DNA of 40,517 nucleotides from a virus. The notes under the pieces are model-generated. The model was given only the letters and a program-made list of their open reading frames with translations. It was not told where the DNA came from and ran no database searches. Positions 14,536 to 21,306 of the stretch are shown here, in pieces. The position numbers and the translations under genes are program-made. How positions within the stretch are numbered: position 1 is the first letter of the stretch; every line of letters begins with the position of its first letter. Location: the IMG/VR virus record IMGVR_UViG_3300045988_127440, positions 1 through 40,517 of that record, one strand, 5' to 3'.

Positions 14536-16062
14536 ATGTATGCAATGTATTTGAGAAAATCAAGGGCTGATGACAAGGATATTCCACTGGAAAAGGTCCT
14601 AAAAAATCATTATAACATGTTGACGGAATTAGCTGACAAGTTAAAAATACAGATAGAAGAAGAAAATGTATTTCGAGAAATAGAGACTGGAGATAGTATT
14701 TCTATCCGTCCAAAGATGCAAGACCTACTAGAAAAAGTATCTGAGGGATTATATGAAGGTGTTTTTTGTACTGAATTATCAAGGTTATGTAGAGGTAGCA
14801 AGATAGACCAGGAAATTGTATCTAGTACCTTTACTGCTGCGGAATGTAAAATAATTACACCAAGTAAGACTTATGACCTTGCAAATAATGAGTTCGATGA
14901 AGAAATGGTCGACTTCGGACTGTTCATGTCTAGGAGAGAGTATAAAACTATTACTAAACGTATGCAACGAGGTAGAGAACAATCTGTAAAACAAGGTAAA
15001 TACATAGGTTCTATTCTTCCTTATGGCTATAATAAAGAGAAATTAGAAGGAGAAAATGGCTTTAGGTTAGTTATAAACGAAGAAGAAGCACATATAGTCA
15101 GATTAATATTTAAGTGGTTTTTAGAAGATAGTGCTGGAGCTAGTATAATAGCGAAAAGGCTTAATCAAGGCGGTTATCCTTCCAGAAGCGGTCGTGTATG
15201 GAGCTATAGTTCAGTAAAAAATATATTAACAAGCAATGTAGTAGCTGGATATCTTAAACATGGAGAAAGAAAATATAAAAAATATATAGATACAAAAGGT
15301 AATGTAAAAAAATCTAGACCAGTAAATGCTGCTGTTGAATATTATAAAGGACTGCATGAGGCTATTATACCTTTAAGTGACTTTGAGAAAGTGCAAGATA
15401 TATTAAATTCTAGAAAGCAGCATAAGTCTAACTTTGATTTACCACTTAGTAATCCGCTTGCTGGATTAATAAGATGCTCTGAATGCAATAGAGTTATGGT
15501 AAAAAGGAGATGCGCTCAAGGTGATTTCTTATATTGTTCTACTACTGGTTGTAAAAATATAGGTTCTTATCTAAATAGAGTTGAAGAACATATTTTACAG
15601 GCGTTATCAAATACATTATCTGATTATGAATATTATGTAGATAATTATGAGCAAGAAACGATAAAAGAAAAAAGAAATGTAGACAATGATCTAAAAAGAA
15701 TTGAAAAAGAAATTGAGAAACTAAATAAGCAATTTGAAAAATGCTGTACATTCTTAGAACAAGATGTATATACTATAGAAATATTCAAGGATAGGACCAG
15801 TAAAATAAAAGATAAGATTAGAATACTAGAAGAAAATAAAAAAGTATTAGAAAAAGAATTTGGCGACGATAAAGTTATAAAAATAAAAAAACTAATACCT
15901 GAGCTAGAAAATGTATTAAAAAATTATAATACCCTTAGTATAGAAGGCAAAAACGAATTGCTAAAAAGCATTATAAAAGAGGCTATATATTCTAAAAAGA
16001 AAAAGTGTAAAAAAGGCAGCAATGAGGATTACTTTGAGTTAGAAATTACACTAAATATATAA
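14536..16062 (+). CDS. int: Large serine recombinase (integrase)
   Basis: N-terminal resolvase catalytic domain YLRKSRADD, recombinase domain, zinc ribbon CSECNRVMVKRRC...YCSTTGC, C-terminal coiled coil. 508 aa. Confidence 0.9.
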   Translation: MYAMYLRKSRADDKDIPLEKVLKNHYNMLTELADKLKIQIEEENVFREIETGDSISIRPKMQDLLEKVSEGLYEGVFCTELSRLCRGSKIDQEIVSSTFTAAECKIITPSKTYDLANNEFDEEMVDFGLFMSRREYKTITKRMQRGREQSVKQGKYIGSILPYGYNKEKLEGENGFRLVINEEEAHIVRLIFKWFLEDSAGASIIAKRLNQGGYPSRSGRVWSYSSVKNILTSNVVAGYLKHGERKYKKYIDTKGNVKKSRPVNAAVEYYKGLHEAIIPLSDFEKVQDILNSRKQHKSNFDLPLSNPLAGLIRCSECNRVMVKRRCAQGDFLYCSTTGCKNIGSYLNRVEEHILQALSNTLSDYEYYVDNYEQETIKEKRNVDNDLKRIEKEIEKLNKQFEKCCTFLEQDVYTIEIFKDRTSKIKDKIRILEENKKVLEKEFGDDKVIKIKKLIPELENVLKNYNTLSIEGKNELLKSIIKEAIYSKKKKCKKGSNEDYFELEITLNI

Positions 16063-16070
16063 TTATTATG

Positions 16071-16112
16071 TATAGCATTGATGTGCATATGAATTAGCTC
16101 GTTAATGCTATA
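16071..16112. other. Candidate attP core (imperfect dyad)
   Basis: TATAGCATT-N24-AATGCTATA begins 9 nt after the int stop codon. Its size and symmetry fit serine-integrase attP sites. Confidence 0.3.
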
Positions 16113-16120
16113 AATAAAAT

Positions 16121-16155
16121 AAGCTAGAGAATATAATTTCCCTAGCTATTTTTTA
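16121..16155. terminator. Hairpin AGCTAG...CTAGCT with flanking A/T runs
   Basis: aaataagctagagaatataatttccctagctatttttt. Confidence 0.45.
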
Positions 16156-16167
16156 TTTATTATTTCC

Positions 16168-16251
16168 CTACATCATTATCAATATAGCACTTGCTACTCC
16201 AATTCCTAGATATGCAATGCGCCCTGTTATCTCCAGCATTATTTTTTTCAT
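16168..16251 (-). CDS. Possible 27-aa hydrophobic peptide, not in ORF track
   Basis: MKKIMLEITGRIAYLGIGVASAILIMM with RBS GGAGGTAATGACT-ATG. Convergent with int. Confidence 0.3.
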   Translation of the reverse strand: MKKIMLEITGRIAYLGIGVASAILIMM

Positions 16252-16331
16252 AGTCATTACCTCCTTCGTTAGGATTATTAGCTGTATCTGGAATATTTAT
16301 ACAAATTTTAGAAAAAAATTTTCAAATTCGC

Positions 16332-16360
16332 TTGACTATTGGTTACCAATAGTATATTAT
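16332..16360 (+). promoter_or_regulatory. Moron promoter TTGACT-17-TATTAT with palindromic operator in the spacer
   Basis: The spacer contains ATTGGTtACCAAT (16338-16350), a perfect 6-bp-arm palindrome. Confidence 0.55.
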
Positions 16361-16396
16361 ATAAGTATAATAAATAATAAGAAAGGGGTAAGGAAG

Positions 16397-16849
16397 ATGA
16401 AAAGAAATTTAATGAAAGAAGCTCATAAAATGACAAAGGAAATAAAAGAACAATATCCAGAAGTAGATTATCAAGCTCAATTAGGTTTATGCTTATCTTT
16501 CTTAGCTCAAGAGAGTAAAAAGGAAGGGGAAAAGAAAATGACAATAATAAATAGAAAAAAATTCTTTAATGAGGTTAATAAATGGGATATATATAAATAT
16601 CTAGAAAATAACTTTACAAAAGAAATTACACATCATTCAGCAGACGTAGGAAAAAATATATATGAAGTAAGATTTTATTTAGACGAAACTAAAAAACATA
16701 TATTTTTACATTGTTACCATGATGAAGACGGTTGGAGAGATTTCGATTATTTTGTAGGGGGTTTATTAAGATTTGTAAAAGAAAGTGAAGAAAATAAAGA
16801 AAAAGCAACTGAAATGTTTAGATATTTCGATTGTGTTGAATCAGAGTAA
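16397..16849 (+). CDS. Hypothetical protein (150 aa; start revised from 16217)
   Basis: The internal ATG is preceded by the RBS AAAGGGGTAAGGAAG. The upstream 60 codons overlap the promoter and are low-complexity. N-terminal MKRNLMKEAHKMTKEIKEQY module. Confidence 0.6.
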   Translation: MKRNLMKEAHKMTKEIKEQYPEVDYQAQLGLCLSFLAQESKKEGEKKMTIINRKKFFNEVNKWDIYKYLENNFTKEITHHSADVGKNIYEVRFYLDETKKHIFLHCYHDEDGWRDFDYFVGGLLRFVKESEENKEKATEMFRYFDCVESE

Positions 16850-16861
16850 AGGAGAAATAAC

Positions 16862-17059
16862 ATGGAACAAAGACAATTAAAAGTGAGTTGTTGTAAAGCT
16901 GGAGGCAATGCAAGTAAAAATGCATTGTCTTACAAGTTAACTCTTCCAGTAGCATGGATTAAAGAAATGGGTATTAGTCCAGAAGATAGGGAAATAACAG
17001 CTACTTTTGAAAACAATAAAATTATAATAGAAAAGGGGAAAAGAAATGAAAGCTTATAA
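16862..17059 (+). CDS. AbrB/MazE/SpoVT-family DNA-binding protein
   Basis: YKLTLPVAWIKEMGISPEDREITATFENNKIIIEK matches the swapped-hairpin AbrB-like motif. Confidence 0.7.
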   Translation: MEQRQLKVSCCKAGGNASKNALSYKLTLPVAWIKEMGISPEDREITATFENNKIIIEKGKRNESL

Positions 17060-17300
17060 AACAAAAACTTGGAATGATTACAAAATTCTAAAGGAGGATT
17101 CTATCAACACAGTTGATGTAAGTGAAATAGCAGAAGTAAAATTAGCTGAAAAAAATGGGGAACAATATATATTTGGAATAACAAATCATATAGATGATAT
17201 ATGGTGGCAAGGATTTAAATTAGAATATGAATACGATGGTAGAGATTTATTTGAACTTTATCATCTATATAGAGAAGATTATATAATAAATAATCGTTAA
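17046..17300 (+). CDS. Hypothetical protein (84 aa), overlaps the AbrB-like gene by 14 nt
   Basis: ORF track. Translationally coupled arrangement. Confidence 0.55.
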   Translation: MKAYKTKTWNDYKILKEDSINTVDVSEIAEVKLAEKNGEQYIFGITNHIDDIWWQGFKLEYEYDGRDLFELYHLYREDYIINNR

Positions 17301-17323
17301 TTAATATTAATTTTCATCAAAAT

Positions 17324-17354
17324 AAAAAGGACTAGAGTTATTCTAGTCCTTTTC
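17324..17354 (+). terminator. Terminator of the moron cassette
   Basis: AGGACTAGA-gttat-TCTAGTCCT followed by TTTT. Confidence 0.65.
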
Positions 17355-17446
17355 TGCAAGCAATTTTATAATTACATATATTAAGTTTTAATCCTTGTTT
17401 TAATGGATATTGCTTGCTCTTATATTATAGCACATATTAAAAAAAT

Positions 17447-17481
17447 AAGCTAGAAGGTCTCTATACCTTCTAGCTATTTTT
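17447..17481. terminator. Bidirectional terminator (end of the lysis operon)
   Basis: AGCTAGAAGGT-ctctat-ACCTTCTAGCT, a perfect 11-bp stem with A-run and T-run flanks. Confidence 0.65.
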
Positions 17482-17546
17482 ATGGCCAGAGCTCCTATGT
17501 CTCTAAATTTTTACAAGGCTCATACGTCCTTAATATATTATAATAT

Positions 17547-18311
17547 TTATCTTTCAAAAACTTCTACATATTTTGTTGATGCTGTTATATAAACACCTGA
17601 TTTTAATTTATACATATCTGTTCCAGTTCTTTTAATTTTTTCTGTAATTGTATAAGCTCCACCAGCAGTAACTTTACCTATTACATTAGCAGCATCAAAA
17701 TCTGGTTTGCTATGTATGTTTATATCTTGCAATATTCTAACATACTTCGTTTTATTAGCTTCTTCTTTAGAGTTTAATTGATCTAAAAACCAATTCCAAG
17801 TTAAACCAGAATACTTTTTAGTTATCATATAAGAAGGACATATTTTTCTAGTCCAATCATAATGTCTTTTTACTTTTTTTACTGTTGTTATTTCTGATTT
17901 TAATATTTTTACAAGTTCTGCAGCATTTAAATATGCTTGTTTTTGCAATTCTCTATTATTTTTATATTGGCATATCTCTATTCCTATTGATGTTGCATTA
18001 CCTTCTTTGCATCCAGCATGCCAGCAAGTTCTGTATAAATTTACAATTTGTCTTACTGTATAAGCATCTACACAAAGTTGAAAACTAGCTTGAGGTTTTC
18101 TGTTTAAATCATTTTGGCCATTTTTAACACTTAAATAAAATTGTGTAGCTGGTATATCTGGGCAATCTGTCTCATGTATTGTTATGCTAGTTGGTGTAAA
18201 AGCTTCGTATGGTACCATATGTCCCTTTTTTAGTAAATTCGTAGATATTACTTTAGCTTTTCCTATAGCCATTCCATTTTTTAATATACCATTTTCTATA
18301 TATTTAGTCAT
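17547..18311 (-). CDS. Endolysin: N-acetylmuramoyl-L-alanine amidase (Amidase_2/PGRP) + C-terminal SH3b
   Basis: ITIHETD and CWHAG motifs. C-terminal YVRILQDINIHSKPDFDAANVIGKV...YKLKSGVYI resembles SH3. Confidence 0.85.
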   Translation of the reverse strand: MTKYIENGILKNGMAIGKAKVISTNLLKKGHMVPYEAFTPTSITIHETDCPDIPATQFYLSVKNGQNDLNRKPQASFQLCVDAYTVRQIVNLYRTCWHAGCKEGNATSIGIEICQYKNNRELQKQAYLNAAELVKILKSEITTVKKVKRHYDWTRKICPSYMITKKYSGLTWNWFLDQLNSKEEANKTKYVRILQDINIHSKPDFDAANVIGKVTAGGAYTITEKIKRTGTDMYKLKSGVYITASTKYVEVFER

Positions 18312-18408
18312 ATTATCAAATCCTTTCTGAAAATAAAAGATGCTTAAAAAATCGACCTTCTTATCGACTTTCTAAGCACCTTACAGTTACCTTATAAAGT
18401 ATTTATAT

Positions 18409-18666
18409 CTATTTTTCTATCAAGTTCTTAAAAGCTTGATGTAAGCCAACAGAAGCAAGTCCTGAAAATAATCCACCAAGTATAACTTCTGGACTTACAT
18501 ATCCAGCTATCCATATGTTTAAAGCACATCCTAAAAGTGCCATGATGCAAGGTATGTATTTATTATCTATAAAACTAAAACTTGTTTTTATAACATATCC
18601 TACACATACACAAATACCTACTACTACTAAAACTAAATAGCTACCTAATAAATTTAAATCAAACAT
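18409..18666 (-). CDS. Holin
   Basis: 85 aa with hydrophobic helices (LVLVVVGICVCVGYVI, IPCIMALLGCALNIWIAGYV, LGGLFSGLASVGL). Directly upstream of the endolysin. Confidence 0.7.
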   Translation of the reverse strand: MFDLNLLGSYLVLVVVGICVCVGYVIKTSFSFIDNKYIPCIMALLGCALNIWIAGYVSPEVILGGLFSGLASVGLHQAFKNLIEK

Positions 18667-18678
18667 ATTTACCTCCTA

Positions 18679-18912
18679 TTAATTAAATAAATTATTTTGT
18701 ATTGCATAAAAGAAAAAACTAACCAATGCTGTTATAATTGCATAAGTTAGTTTGTTTAAGTTGCTTGCTAATTTGTCTATAGTATTGCATAGATTTTCTA
18801 TTTTTACTGCCATTTCAGACTGTGTATTTTCTAGTTTGTCTATTCTTTCAGAATGTCTTTGCAGCCTTTCATCGTGTCTCTTTAGTGTGTCTTTTAACCA
18901 TTCATCATTCAT
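18679..18912 (-). CDS. xhlA: XhlA-like lysis-associated membrane protein
   Basis: N-terminal coiled coil HDERLQRHSERIDKLE and a C-terminal TM segment, as in the XhlA family. Confidence 0.7.
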   Translation of the reverse strand: MNDEWLKDTLKRHDERLQRHSERIDKLENTQSEMAVKIENLCNTIDKLASNLNKLTYAIITALVSFFFYAIQNNLFN

Positions 18913-18931
18913 GCAAAATTCCTTTCTGTAA

Positions 18932-18962
18932 ATAAAAAAGGACTGTACCGCTACAGCCCTTT
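18932..18962 (-). terminator. Terminator between the tail-fibre gene and the lysis cassette
   Basis: Minus strand: GGGCTGTA-gcgg-TACAGTCC followed by TTTTTT. Confidence 0.5.
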
Positions 18963-19128
18963 TTAAAATAGATTTAGTTTTTTTAATTATATATAGTTGT
19001 TTTTATATCTCCTCTTACATTTTACATCTTTTTCACCCCCTTACAGTTATTATACTATAAAATGATTTAAATACCATTCTTCCTACATAGGGAAAATGGT
19101 ACGCAATATTTTTAAATTGTGAACTAGA

Positions 19129-21300
19129 CTAAATGTTTATTATTGTACTTGCAAATCCTTTTGCATAAGCATCTTTACCTGCTCCGTTTAAATGTGTCCC
19201 ATCATAAGAATAACTACTGTAATTACCTTCATTTATACCACATAAACTTCTTATATCTATATATTCAACCCCCATGTATTCACAGGCAAGTTTTATTTTG
19301 TTATTCCATTCTACTATAGTTGAATTATTAATTCCATCTGCATGACGATAAATTATCCCTAACACTTTGAATTTTATTTTTGGATAAGCACTTGATATTG
19401 TTTTTATCGCATAACGTAAGGCACCACATACTGTAGTTTTATCATATAAATTTGTTTCGTTATCTATAGTACCACCGAAAGCTAAATCATTAGTTCCATA
19501 TGATACTGTAATATAATCAACTTTACTCCAATCTACATTATCTACATTTGATATATTTGTAGTAGCCCCGGTAAATGCTTTTTGTTCTGAAAAATCTCCA
19601 CTAACCACACAATCTGCTAAATTACAAAAATCAAATATATCATATCCAGCTGCCCCACCAGTTCTTATTGCCATTGTAGTTCCTCCAGTAGCTAAATTGT
19701 ACCAAGTTCCACCACAATATTTTTTCATATAATCAGATAAATTTCCTATACTCCCCTCACCTGTTGCAAATGCCCAAATACTGTCCCCGAAATTTACATA
19801 AACTTTATCTGTAGCATAAGTTTTTATTGCTCCATCTTCTGTTTTTATGTCATTAATTTCTGTAATTGCAACAGGAGATACATAAAAATCACCTGTACCA
19901 ACACAATTTATATTTTTTATATTTTTAAGATACTTGATTTCTCTAGTTTTTAGTGAGTATGTTTGTTTACTTCCTCCATATTCTCCTGCAACTGAACCCT
20001 CTACCAATGTTGCCCTTGTAATTGTAGCAGGGAGACTATTACAAGCAATTCTAAGAAATTTATAATTTTTAGATGGAGTAAATGTATAAGTTATATTTGA
20101 ACCTCCAGTAATTATAGTACTTTTTAATAAATCCCCAGGTCCTAATGTGTTGTCTGAATATGGTAAATTTTCAACTGCGTACAAATAAAAATTACAACTA
20201 ATATTATCCACATGAAATGTATATGTTTTATCTTTTTCTAAATTTGCTGTAAATCCACATCTACCATTCATAAAAGCAACTGTACCAGTATAATTAGGAT
20301 TTCGTGTTAAGGTAATAATACCGTCTTCTTCTGTAAAATTTTCCATAGGAGCTACTACTGCTGTTGATATCATATAACTACCAAAATTACCCAATAAATC
20401 ATCTGAACCAACACTTAAAGTAGTATTGGCTGTTGCAACAAACATAACTGTGTTATGATTACCTTTATAACTTCCAGTAGATATTTTTTGTAAATCTATT
20501 ACACTTGCTGAAAAAGTACTTTCAGCAGTTGCTATATCTTCTGTAGTTGTGCTACCAGTACCATTCATAGTAGGCTTCGTATATAGTTTGCCTTCCACAT
20601 CAACACCAACCTCTTGTGTCATTTCATTAGTTTTATTAACTGGTTTTACACCTCCAAGTTTTGTTGATGTGGCAATCGGTAATGTATAACTTGAACCATC
20701 TCCACTATTACCTTGATTATCCTTTAATTCTTTTATAGCACCTCTAATATTGGTCGCAATAGTTCCCATATCAATGGGATTACCTTCACTATCTCGACCT
20801 AATTCGTTCACAATATCTTTACATTGCGAATTTACCTCATTAATAGCTCCAACAATGTATTTATTTTTTGTTTCTAATCCATTGTCCGTTTTCTTTTGGT
20901 AATCTTTTAGATCTACTGTCACTTCTCCACCTCCTGAGCTTCCTGTATTTTCTAATAATCCTTCTCTTACATCTGCTAATAATAAGAATGTACTTACTTT
21001 TACATCGTCTTTTTCTATGGAGAATAGCATTTTTAAAACTCCTGATACTTTTGTTATATCACTATCTATTACGGCATCAAATGAATTATTAGATATATTT
21101 GTTACGGATCCATTTATTACTTGTCCATCTGCTCTCTTGTATTTAGCAGTAATAGAACAGCCAGTCAAACTGACTGGCTTTCCATCTTCAAGTACATTAA
21201 TAGTGAGTTTATTTCCCTTATCACCTTGTACAAGTTTTATTACTTCAAATTTTTCTTGCTTTAAATCGCTTTCTATATTGTAATCTCTCAAGCGTTTCAC
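19129..21300 (-). CDS. Receptor-binding/tail fibre protein: BppU-like N-terminus + C-terminal SGNH/GDSL esterase
   Basis: N-terminus IKLVQGDKGNKLTINVLEDGKPVSLTG is BppU_N-like. C-terminus has the VNFGDSIW (GDS) block, a YGTND block and DGTHLN (DxxH). Confidence 0.8.
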   Translation of the reverse strand: MKRLRDYNIESDLKQEKFEVIKLVQGDKGNKLTINVLEDGKPVSLTGCSITAKYKRADGQVINGSVTNISNNSFDAVIDSDITKVSGVLKMLFSIEKDDVKVSTFLLLADVREGLLENTGSSGGGEVTVDLKDYQKKTDNGLETKNKYIVGAINEVNSQCKDIVNELGRDSEGNPIDMGTIATNIRGAIKELKDNQGNSGDGSSYTLPIATSTKLGGVKPVNKTNEMTQEVGVDVEGKLYTKPTMNGTGSTTTEDIATAESTFSASVIDLQKISTGSYKGNHNTVMFVATANTTLSVGSDDLLGNFGSYMISTAVVAPMENFTEEDGIITLTRNPNYTGTVAFMNGRCGFTANLEKDKTYTFHVDNISCNFYLYAVENLPYSDNTLGPGDLLKSTIITGGSNITYTFTPSKNYKFLRIACNSLPATITRATLVEGSVAGEYGGSKQTYSLKTREIKYLKNIKNINCVGTGDFYVSPVAITEINDIKTEDGAIKTYATDKVYVNFGDSIWAFATGEGSIGNLSDYMKKYCGGTWYNLATGGTTMAIRTGGAAGYDIFDFCNLADCVVSGDFSEQKAFTGATTNISNVDNVDWSKVDYITVSYGTNDLAFGGTIDNETNLYDKTTVCGALRYAIKTISSAYPKIKFKVLGIIYRHADGINNSTIVEWNNKIKLACEYMGVEYIDIRSLCGINEGNYSSYSYDGTHLNGAGKDAYAKGFASTIINI

Positions 21301-21306
21301 TCCTTT

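Noticed and set aside
14250-15751. Minus-strand ORFs inside the lipoprotein and integrase genes (14250-14456, 14610-14801, 14785-14994, 15542-15751), plus 16308-16544 and 22293-22484
   Set aside because: They are shadow or nested frames within confidently assigned genes. They have no translation signals.
16217-16396. The N-terminal 60 codons of track ORF 16217-16849
   Set aside because: The segment is low-complexity (Ile/Phe-rich) and overlaps the cassette promoter and operator. It is antisense to the 27-aa ORF. An internal ATG at 16397 has a proper RBS.
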